DNA of 48,052 nt from Thermoprotei archaeon (GTDB taxonomy: Archaea > Thermoproteota > Thermoprotei_A > EX4484-217-1), in assembly GCA_021158265.1 (NCBI GenBank), contig JAGGUY010000001.1, positions 1 to 48,052 of the forward strand, given 5' to 3'. The translations under genes were made by a program, and so were the position numbers. Shown piece after piece: positions 18,624 through 26,218 of this stretch. The stretch's first letter is position 1; every line of letters starts with the position of its first letter. The notes below the pieces were generated by a model, which was given only the letters and a program-made list of their open reading frames with translations, was not told the DNA's origin and searched no databases.

Positions 18624-19601
18624 ATGGTTCTTCTCTCAGTATCAAATCTTAAGAAATATTTTCCGCTACAGAAAAGCTTCATAGAGCGGGTGATTAGCAG
18701 AAGAAAACAGTATGTAAAAGCTGTGGACGGAATATCATTTATTATAAGAGAAGGCGAGGTCTTCTCCCTTGTTGGAGAATCCGGTTGCGGAAAGACAACC
18801 ACGGGAAGACTTATTGTAAGACTCGAAACCCCTGACTCAGGCAAAATAGTGTTTGATGGCAAAGATATAACCTTTGCTAAGGAGAAAGAGCTAAGGCCTC
18901 TTAGAAGGAAAATGCAAATAATTTTCCAGGACCCATATGCTTCACTTAATCCCAGAATGACGATTGGTGATGCTATAGCCGAACCCCTAATAATACATGG
19001 CATAGCTGATAAGAGGGAAGCTAGGGAAAAAGCCTTAGAAATGCTTGTGAACGTCGGATTAACTCCTCCTGAGCTTTTCTATAAGGCTTATCCACATCAA
19101 TTATCCGGGGGCCAGAGGCAAAGAGTAGTTATTGCTAGAGCAATGATTCTAAAACCCAAATTTATTGTAGCAGACGAGCCTGTTTCAATGATTGACGTTT
19201 CCCTTCGTGCTTCAATACTTAAGCTTCTCATGAAGTTCAAGAAGGACTTTAATTTAACAATGCTTTTCATAACACATGACTTAGCTGTTGCAAGGCTGAT
19301 TTCTGACGTAGTAGCAGTAATGTACCTTGGAAAAATAGTGGAGATAGCACCAGTAGACGAACTTGTCGAAAATCCGTTACATCCGTATACTAAGGCATTA
19401 CTTTCCTCGGTACCTACAATAGTACCCCAAATGAAGAGAGAAAAAATAATTCTTAAAGGCGATGTACCAAACCCCATAAACCCTCCTTCCGGATGCAGAC
19501 TGCATCCAAGATGCCCCTTAGCAATTGAGCGCTGTAGTAAGGAAGAACCTAAACTAAAATATGTTGGAAATAATCACTATGTAGCATGTCATTTACTTTG
19601 A
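18624..19601 (+). CDS. peptide ABC transporter ATP-binding protein (DppF/OppF type)
   Basis: [28 protein letters not shown] and PSGCRLHPRCP. Confidence 0.9.
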   Translation: MVLLSVSNLKKYFPLQKSFIERVISRRKQYVKAVDGISFIIREGEVFSLVGESGCGKTTTGRLIVRLETPDSGKIVFDGKDITFAKEKELRPLRRKMQIIFQDPYASLNPRMTIGDAIAEPLIIHGIADKREAREKALEMLVNVGLTPPELFYKAYPHQLSGGQRQRVVIARAMILKPKFIVADEPVSMIDVSLRASILKLLMKFKKDFNLTMLFITHDLAVARLISDVVAVMYLGKIVEIAPVDELVENPLHPYTKALLSSVPTIVPQMKREKIILKGDVPNPINPPSGCRLHPRCPLAIERCSKEEPKLKYVGNNHYVACHLL

Positions 19602-20386
19602 ACATTTAATGAAAACTCCTTAGCAACAATTAATCCGAGGAGAGTGACCACTACCCCTAAAATGCTTCCCTCAAGGCCAAATTTTCCTCCAGTAATTATA
19701 TCGTTAGATATATTATAGTTTAATGTGAAAAGAGAGTGCTTGTATTCATGACCACTTACTGGAAAGCCTAGCAATACTTGCGCATAATTCCAAAAGGCAT
19801 GGTATAGTACTGGATAAACTATGCTTCCCCCATAAACTACCATTACCGATAACAATATGCTGGCAAGAAATAGCTGAATAAATGAAATAATGTTGTAGCC
19901 AGGATTCGAGATGTGTAAGAGGGAAAAGAGAAGAGAAACAATAAATATCGATGTTCTTATCCCTAACGATTCAGAAAGCTTAAACAGAAGATATCCTCGA
20001 AAGATAGCTTCTTCGCCAAGAGAGGAAATAAGGATTATTATGAAATACATTATCAAGCTTGCTACGTGAAAATTGCTAACCATGCTAACCTTATATATCC
20101 TTAAGCATGTACCTAAGATTAATGCTAAGAATATAAGGGCGAAAGCTAAAAATGCTGAGAAAATAGCGTATGGAATCTTTATTGATGTTGAGAAACCGTA
20201 TTCTTCAAACTTTCTTCCCTCAGCCTTTACGAAAACGTATATTACAGTTAGCCAATAAGGAACTAAATATGCCTCATAAACTTCCTCTAAACCTATTATT
20301 TTCAAAATATGCACTATTAATGCTGAACCCAGAAATGTTACGATAAAGAAAAATAGGGAAACTACGGTGCTTTCGCTCTTATCCAC
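19589..20386 (-). CDS. CPBP family intramembrane glutamic endopeptidase (CAAX-protease-like)
   Basis: Polytopic. Motifs GEEAIFRGYL, SLLFSLLHISN and YHAFWNY. The ORF-track start at 20542 runs through the G+C-rich repeat element and is probably spurious. GTG complement(20384..20386) is proposed as the start. Confidence 0.75.
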   Translation of the reverse strand: MDKSESTVVSLFFFIVTFLGSALIVHILKIIGLEEVYEAYLVPYWLTVIYVFVKAEGRKFEEYGFSTSIKIPYAIFSAFLAFALIFLALILGTCLRIYKVSMVSNFHVASLIMYFIIILISSLGEEAIFRGYLLFKLSESLGIRTSIFIVSLLFSLLHISNPGYNIISFIQLFLASILLSVMVVYGGSIVYPVLYHAFWNYAQVLLGFPVSGHEYKHSLFTLNYNISNDIITGGKFGLEGSILGVVVTLLGLIVAKEFSLNVQSK

Positions 20387-20409
20387 GTAACACCTGTTTG
20401 TTCCTACTG

Positions 20410-20600
20410 CTTTATTTTGTTTGGAACTGTTGCATAGTGTGTCTGCGGTAGGGGCTTCCACTTCGCCTAGAGGGTTCACTTCACGGCTCATCCCTATGGG
20501 TTCATGGGTGGGGGTCGAGCCCAACGGCACAAGGGCTCCCATCCACGCTTACCCCCTTGCGGGCTCAGAGCAAAGCTCCCATCACCCGCATACCCGCGAG
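20410..20600 (-). ncRNA. candidate structured RNA or structured 5' leader, copy B of the unassigned paralogous pair
   Basis: G+C-rich island homologous, as reverse complement, to 5091-5265. Hairpins at 20559-20589, about 20500-20542 and 20466-20499. A well-placed TATA box lies about 28 nt upstream on the minus strand. The element ends about 25-55 nt before the proposed CPBP start codon. Confidence 0.5.
20499..20543 (-). repeat. near-identical core of the inverted repeat pair (partner 5141-5184)
   Basis: Reverse complement reads gatgggagcccttgtgccgttgggctcgacccccacccatgaacc. Confidence 0.9.
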
Positions 20601-20615
20601 AATCATTGACTCAGC

Positions 20616-20625
20616 ATATTATAAA
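20616..20625 (-). promoter_or_regulatory. TATA-box candidate driving copy B and/or the CPBP gene
   Basis: The minus strand reads tttataatat. Its centre is about 28 nt upstream of GUAUGCGGG, the homologous 5' end of both copies. Confidence 0.45.
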
Positions 20626-20691
20626 CGTATTGCTCGGAACAAAAAGATATAAAAGGACAATGAAAAGCTACAGTCTAAAGTTTCTGTTCTT

Positions 20692-21297
20692 TCATCGTTT
20701 GAAAAGGTTCTTTAACTCGTTATATTTTTTTAGATAATACTTACCTTTATTTGTAGCTCTATATAGACCTTTAACTCTCCTATCGCCATCTATTCTCTCT
20801 TCAATGATCATTTCCTTTTTCATTAGTTCCCTAAGATGCTTATTAAGCCATGGAGTGTTTGTTTTCAAAACGTATAGAAGCTTTGTTTTAGTAATTCCAT
20901 CCAATGAAGCTGAAATTATTTTAGCATAGATTTCATACTTGGAAATTTGAGGTCCAAGCTCTTTTACAACGAGGCTTCCATGCTTATATGTGAAACCGTA
21001 TTTTTCTATATTAGGTATTCTTTCGAACTTACTACTATTAATTATGTCGTTTAAGCTATTGTATGCTTTTAAAACCTTAGCACCATACCTTGTCATGTGG
21101 TATCTTTTCCTGCGATTCACTAAAACTCCCTTAATGAGCTTTCTCTTTATCATGAAGTTAACGTATTTCTGAACCTGCCTATAGTTCAAATTTGATTCTC
21201 TAAGTATTTGAGAAATAGAAGCGCCTGAAGCACATGTTTTAAGGATATCCATTACAATTTCTAAACTACTCCTTCGGCATCCTTTATAAGATGTCAT
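20692..21297 (-). CDS. transcriptional regulator with two winged-helix (ArnR1-like / HTH_45-like) domains
   Basis: 201 aa. Two similar segments: ILKTCASGASISQILRESNLNYRQVQKYVNFMIKRKLI and IISASLDGITKTKLLYVLKTNTPWLNKHLRELMKKEMI. Divergent from the methyl-transfer cluster. Confidence 0.65.
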   Translation of the reverse strand: MTSYKGCRRSSLEIVMDILKTCASGASISQILRESNLNYRQVQKYVNFMIKRKLIKGVLVNRRKRYHMTRYGAKVLKAYNSLNDIINSSKFERIPNIEKYGFTYKHGSLVVKELGPQISKYEIYAKIISASLDGITKTKLLYVLKTNTPWLNKHLRELMKKEMIIEERIDGDRRVKGLYRATNKGKYYLKKYNELKNLFKR

Positions 21298-21328
21298 ATT
21301 TAAACAAAACCGCTACTTTTAGGTAAAC

Positions 21329-21456
21329 TTACTGTTACAGTATTATTAAACGTTCCTATATAGCATTACTGTTTCTACAAGAACAAACCCATTTTTAAAC
21401 TTTGCCTCAATAATAGAACCAAATAAGGTTTATTTGTCGCGCAAAAATTTACTGTT
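21329..21456. promoter_or_regulatory. intergenic control region with three TTACTGTT repeats, one inside a TACTGT-T-ACAGTA palindrome
   Basis: TTACTGTT occurs at 21329-21336, 21366-21373 and 21449-21456. The palindrome tactgttacagta is at 21330-21342. The region lies between the divergent regulator gene and the core-MetE gene. Confidence 0.3.
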
Positions 21457-21471
21457 AATAGGTTATCGGAA

Positions 21472-22470
21472 GTGTTATTCGAAAAACTCGTTACAAGCCA
21501 TGTAGGCAGTTTTCCCCTAACACATAGCTGGGATAATGTTAAGAAAATATTTAAAGAACTTATCAATTTAGGCATAGATATTCCACCATATCCTCAAATG
21601 AGAAGTTTCATAGACATATATCTTGAACCATTAGCTAAAGCCGGAATAATTTCCCTGAAGGGTTCAAGATACTTTGCCGATGAAAAAATTCTCCGCGACA
21701 CTAAGCCTCCTACAGCTGAAATCCCTGAAGCAAAAATAGTCTCTGAAATCTCAGAGAAAATAGGGTTTAAGGGAATTCTTAGAGCACCCATAACTGGGCC
21801 ATTCACTCTATCTTCAAGAATATATTTTTCCGAAAGTACAAGCCTTTCAGCAACAGCTATGGCCAAAAAGGATCTTGTACTAAACTTTTTCGCAGAATAT
21901 GTTAGGTCTTTTGTGAAGCAAATGGTTAATTTAGGCTATAAATTCATCGTCATAGACGAGCCTATGCTTGCAAACATTATCGGACGAAGAATAATATTGT
22001 ATGGATATAGAGCTGAAGACATAGTAGAAGTTTATTCAAAAATTCTCGAACCAGCAAAGCATAAGGGTGTAATTAGGGGAACACATGTTTGCGGAAGACT
22101 CCCTAAGAGGCTCCCAGAAATACTTGCTGAAGTTGATGTTTTAGATGTTTTAAACCATGAATTTAAGGATTCTCCAGAGAACTTCGAGGTTTTCACCAAA
22201 GACTTGCTTGAAAAACACGATAAAATACTTAGCCCAGGAATAGTTAGCTCTAAAAGGCTTAGAGTTGAAAGTTTCGAGGAAACATACTCGTTACTCTCAA
22301 GAATTCTTAATAAGTTTGGAGAGAGAGCAAATATTATTTCAGCAGATTGCGGTTTCGGGGCTCTTAGGACAGGAGAAGTTACAGAAGAGGAAGCCTATGA
22401 AATAGCTAAGAAAAAGCTTGAGCTGATAGTTAAAGTTGTTAGGAAAGCTAATGAGGAGTTTAAAGGGTAA
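21472..22470 (+). CDS. single-domain (core) MetE-family homocysteine methyltransferase
   Basis: 332 aa, GTG start. MetE catalytic-domain motifs: HVGSFPLT, VIDEPML, a zinc site THVCG ... NHEF ... ADCGFG. The size matches archaeal core-MetE and not two-domain MetE. Confidence 0.8.
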   Translation: MLFEKLVTSHVGSFPLTHSWDNVKKIFKELINLGIDIPPYPQMRSFIDIYLEPLAKAGIISLKGSRYFADEKILRDTKPPTAEIPEAKIVSEISEKIGFKGILRAPITGPFTLSSRIYFSESTSLSATAMAKKDLVLNFFAEYVRSFVKQMVNLGYKFIVIDEPMLANIIGRRIILYGYRAEDIVEVYSKILEPAKHKGVIRGTHVCGRLPKRLPEILAEVDVLDVLNHEFKDSPENFEVFTKDLLEKHDKILSPGIVSSKRLRVESFEETYSLLSRILNKFGERANIISADCGFGALRTGEVTEEEAYEIAKKKLELIVKVVRKANEEFKG

Positions 22471-22471
22471 A

Positions 22472-24211
22472 ATGGTAAAGGTAACTGTTAAGCCTCAGAA
22501 TGTATCAGTAGATGTTAGTAAAGGAACATTGCTAATTGAAGCTATAAGAAAAGCTATTCCATGGTTTCCATCCCCATGCGGAGGCTTAGGTATTTGTGGT
22601 AAATGCAAAGTCAGAATAATTAAGGGGAAACTTAGTAAACCTACATCAAATGAGAAATTACTAAACATCTTACATGAAGGATTTAGATTAGCTTGCCAAA
22701 CAACAGTGTTTGATGACACTATTGTTGAAATATCTTATAGAGAACCTATAGCTTTCCCAACAATTTCGACTATTGAAATTAAAGTTCCTGTTAAACCGTG
22801 GATTTCTTGGAGGACCTTTGAATCCTCAAAATATTCTAAACAGTTCGACAAGTTTGTTCTTGAAGAAGTTGGTGCTAGGTATTTAAGCTATGCCGCAGCA
22901 AGGGAGTTAATTAACGTTAAACTAAATGGTAAAGCTACCATTATGGCTTATGGAGAAGCAGTCTATAGAGTTGATACATACCATTTTGAACCCTTAGGCT
23001 TAGCTGTTGACATTGGAACAACAAAAATAGCCGGATACCTTATTGATTTAAGTACAGGCACTACTTTAAATGAAGGATTTACGCTAAATCCCCAACTAAA
23101 ATACGGTGACGATATTGTTTCTAGAATGACCGTAGCCCTAATGGATAAGAGGAAGCTTTATGATATGAGAAACATTACTTTAAAATCAATTGAGGATTTG
23201 GCTAAGAAGCTGGCTTTAGAAGTGAAGAAACCTGTTACAAACATTACTGCTATATCTATTGTTGGAAACACTGCAATGCATCATATTCTTTTAGGGCTAG
23301 ACTTAAGTGGTATAGCATTTGCCCCCTATATTCCAAAAGAATCATCTCCAATAATCGAGTATGGAGGTAACTTAGGATTTAAAATCCTAAGAAGAACCAT
23401 GGTTTACATAGCCCCTGTTATTTCAGGATATGTTGGTGGAGATGCTGTTGCAACATTATTGACAATTCATTATTTAAATCCCAAACTACCCTCCTTAGTC
23501 ATTGATGTAGGTACGAATGCTGAAATAGGCTTATTTTTAAAGGACAAAATTGTTGTTGCTAGCGCGCCAGCGGGACCAGCAATCGAGGGTCATGTTACTT
23601 CAGGTTTAAAGGGGGTTCAAGGAGCAATATATGATGTTGAAGCTGAGAAAGTAGGCGATAATGTTAAGTTTAACGTAAAAGTTCTCGGTGAAACGGAGCC
23701 TTCAGGAATTAGTGGAAGTGGTGCAGTAAGTATCGTATCCGAACTTTTAAGAATAGGGGCAATTACGGCTACAGGCAAACTTAAAATAGGAAATTATGAT
23801 GAAAGAGGTGTAAGGTACGTTAAGATAGTTGATTCTAAGAAACCCATAGTATTTACTCAAACTGACATTAGGGAGATTCAGAAAGCTAAGTCAGCAATTC
23901 AAACTACATGGCAATTGATGCTTGAGGATGAAGGTCTATCTGAAGATGATTTAGAATCTGTTTTCATAGCCGGAACTTTTGGTTCGTATCTAAAACCCAT
24001 ACATGCCCAAAGGATAGGTCTCATACCTAAAGTGGATTTAGATAAGATATTCATTATCGGTAATGCTGCCGGAGCCGGAGCTAAGTTAATGTTGATAAAT
24101 GGGGAGGCTAGAAGGAAAGGTGAGGAAATAGCTCTTAAGGCTGAACACAGAGTTTACGCTTCTACTGATAGATTTAGAAAGTTATGGATTAAAAATTTAA
24201 ATTTCAAATAA
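22472..24211 (+). CDS. RACo-type reductive activator of corrinoid proteins (2Fe-2S ferredoxin domain plus ASKHA/DUF4445 ATPase domain)
   Basis: N-terminal plant-type ferredoxin motif PCGGLGICGKCKV...LACQT. ASKHA-like segments DIGTTKIAGYL, GNTAMHHILLGL and IDVGTNAEIG. ATG 22472 follows the upstream stop (22468-22470) by one base. The ORF-track start 22436 is probably too early. Confidence 0.8.
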   Translation: MVKVTVKPQNVSVDVSKGTLLIEAIRKAIPWFPSPCGGLGICGKCKVRIIKGKLSKPTSNEKLLNILHEGFRLACQTTVFDDTIVEISYREPIAFPTISTIEIKVPVKPWISWRTFESSKYSKQFDKFVLEEVGARYLSYAAARELINVKLNGKATIMAYGEAVYRVDTYHFEPLGLAVDIGTTKIAGYLIDLSTGTTLNEGFTLNPQLKYGDDIVSRMTVALMDKRKLYDMRNITLKSIEDLAKKLALEVKKPVTNITAISIVGNTAMHHILLGLDLSGIAFAPYIPKESSPIIEYGGNLGFKILRRTMVYIAPVISGYVGGDAVATLLTIHYLNPKLPSLVIDVGTNAEIGLFLKDKIVVASAPAGPAIEGHVTSGLKGVQGAIYDVEAEKVGDNVKFNVKVLGETEPSGISGSGAVSIVSELLRIGAITATGKLKIGNYDERGVRYVKIVDSKKPIVFTQTDIREIQKAKSAIQTTWQLMLEDEGLSEDDLESVFIAGTFGSYLKPIHAQRIGLIPKVDLDKIFIIGNAAGAGAKLMLINGEARRKGEEIALKAEHRVYASTDRFRKLWIKNLNFK

Positions 24212-24240
24212 AAACTACCGACTAAGCCTAGGAGAGGTGA

Positions 24241-25233
24241 TTGCGTGAAATGTTATTCTCAAGGGAACCTTTAAGACCATTTAGATTCAAGGTTCCTCAG
24301 AAAACGTTTAGAATAGGAAGTGTCATTTTTGGTGGAGAACCTGGAGAGAGACCTACCGTTCTTGTGGGTAGCATTTTTTACCTTGGGGACAAACTTGTTA
24401 TAAATCATGATGAAGGAGTTTTCGATAAGGAGAAAACGAAGGAAGCAATAAAGTATGCTGAAGAGGTAGCTGAGAAGTACTCTTTACCCTTAGCTATAGA
24501 CTTGGTTGCTTACTCTGAAAAAGCTATGGAAAACTATGTTCCATTTGTAGCTGAAGTAACGGAGGCACCGATATTTTTAGATGGTGTTGAGGAGAAGGCT
24601 AGGATTGCCGCGTACAAAATATCTCACGAAATAGGTATTACTGAAAGGGTTATTGGAAACGCAATATATACTCACTCAAAAGAGAGCGAACTAAACGCCT
24701 TAAAAGAGTATGAAATAAGGAACGTAGTACTTATGGCATTTGATGTAGCAAACCCTATGAAAAGCATGATGCCTAAGGATAGATTAGAAATTCTGAAAAA
24801 CCAGCTCATACCTAAAGCTGAGGAAGCACAAGTAAAACAGCCTTTAGTCGATGTAGTAGTTCTGGATCCAGCTTCAATAGCTATTAGTGCAGCATCGGTT
24901 TTGAAAATAAAGGAGGAAACGGGGTTACCTGTAGGTTGCGCACCAGCTAACGCCTTAGGTCCCGTTACTAAAGCAGCATTTGGTGTCGAAGGTATGAGCG
25001 GAATACATGGTGGAACGGCAGTTTTTCTCCAAATGTTTGGAACAGACTTCATATTCTACGGACCAATAAGAAGAATAAAGTATGTGGCGCCAGCAGTTGC
25101 AGTAGCTGATGCTTACCTAGCTTATCTAGCGAAATTCGAAGGAAAAAGGCCTCCTAAGAAGCATCCATTCAATACATTACTTAGGAAGCTTCAGAGAATG
25201 TTTACAGGAATTGAAGTATGGCAGCCAAAATAA
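24241..25233 (+). CDS. MtrH-like methyl-tetrahydro(methano)pterin:corrinoid methyltransferase
   Basis: 330 aa. FGGEPGERPTVLVGSIFY...GVFDKEK, GLPVGCAP and IFYGPIRRIKYVAPAVAVAD closely follow the MtrH pattern. TTG 24241 or ATG 24250 may be the start. Confidence 0.85.
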   Translation: MREMLFSREPLRPFRFKVPQKTFRIGSVIFGGEPGERPTVLVGSIFYLGDKLVINHDEGVFDKEKTKEAIKYAEEVAEKYSLPLAIDLVAYSEKAMENYVPFVAEVTEAPIFLDGVEEKARIAAYKISHEIGITERVIGNAIYTHSKESELNALKEYEIRNVVLMAFDVANPMKSMMPKDRLEILKNQLIPKAEEAQVKQPLVDVVVLDPASIAISAASVLKIKEETGLPVGCAPANALGPVTKAAFGVEGMSGIHGGTAVFLQMFGTDFIFYGPIRRIKYVAPAVAVADAYLAYLAKFEGKRPPKKHPFNTLLRKLQRMFTGIEVWQPK

Positions 25234-26099
25234 ATTATGAGAGAGTAGAAATCCTAAGTGAACTGATAGGTAAATTAGGATTAGAAACGATTTACTTTAT
25301 CGAAGAGAAAGATAAACAGCTAGAAGCTATGAGGAATCTTTATGCTAAAACAGGACATGTAGGTTATGTTTGTTTATTAGCTGTTTCAAATGCTCTAATA
25401 AGCTATAAGCTTTCGGTGAAAGGAGAAGAGTACTGGTTAACATTTTCTAAAGAACTTTCTAAAACAAAACCTTCACTAAATTACGCCTTAGAAAACATAG
25501 TTAGATTTCTTAGAAAACACAGATTAAATGTCATTAATTTGGAACAGAAAATCAATAGGTTAAGAAGGCTTTATTCATCAAACATAGTGCATAAAATCTT
25601 TAACAACCCTGAAGCCTATGCGAGAAACATAGTTAAACTTTGGAAGGATATAAGTGAAGCACTTCATACCGACCCTAAATCTAAGACCATAGTTTTCTCT
25701 ATCAAAATGTTTTACTATGCATACTATGCTTCAACAGATATTCGCATAAGATTGCCCATGGAAATACCTATACCTGTTGACTTCAGAGTTTCAATAATAA
25801 GTTTAACTTCAGGGTTATTACAATTTAAGCGCTCTATGATGTTCTCAGATAAAGTAAAACTACTTCTTAGTAAATATGGTGATGCTGTAAGAGAAGCCTG
25901 GAATGAAGTAAGTGAAAGAGCAAAAGTTCCTCCTCTGAACCTTGACGCCCTAATTTGGGTTTTTGGAAGAAACGTCACTCTTCAATGTTCTAAAGAGAAG
26001 ATTGTACGTAAAACATTCGAATACTTACGAGAACTCTTCGATAGAGAACCTGACACATTAATGAAGAAACTTGTTTATGAGTTCTTCAAATACTGCTAA
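25218..26099 (+). CDS. archaeal 8-oxoguanine DNA glycosylase/lyase (AGOG family)
   Basis: SNALISYKLSVKGEEYW, KTIVFSIKMFYYAY, EIPIPVDFRV and VPPLNLDALIWVFGR match the pattern I recall for Pyrobaculum AGOG. The start overlaps the mtrH-like stop by 16 nt. Confidence 0.85.
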   Translation: MAAKINYERVEILSELIGKLGLETIYFIEEKDKQLEAMRNLYAKTGHVGYVCLLAVSNALISYKLSVKGEEYWLTFSKELSKTKPSLNYALENIVRFLRKHRLNVINLEQKINRLRRLYSSNIVHKIFNNPEAYARNIVKLWKDISEALHTDPKSKTIVFSIKMFYYAYYASTDIRIRLPMEIPIPVDFRVSIISLTSGLLQFKRSMMFSDKVKLLLSKYGDAVREAWNEVSERAKVPPLNLDALIWVFGRNVTLQCSKEKIVRKTFEYLRELFDREPDTLMKKLVYEFFKYC

Positions 26100-26218
26100 T
26101 TGAATAGGATATTACATCTAGTAATATTTTTCATTACGCTAAACTATCCTATGTAATGTTATCATTAATATTTAAAAGCCTCTCACAGTCCATAATACGT
26201 TAAAAGGCTAATGGTGCA

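Noticed and set aside
5091-20600. Composite transposon or integrated element bounded by the inverted G+C-rich repeats.
   Set aside because: No transposase, integrase, recombinase or plasmid/virus-like gene lies between or beside the repeats. The content is ordinary metabolism and transport. I saw no flanking direct target duplications, and the repeat arms are too diverged for recent transposition.
22436-22471. Upstream start of the RACo-like ORF, overlapping the core-MetE gene by 35 nt.
   Set aside because: ATG 22472 lies one base after the upstream stop and begins the ferredoxin-domain beta-strand (MVKVTVKPQ). The longer form adds only a basic peptide.
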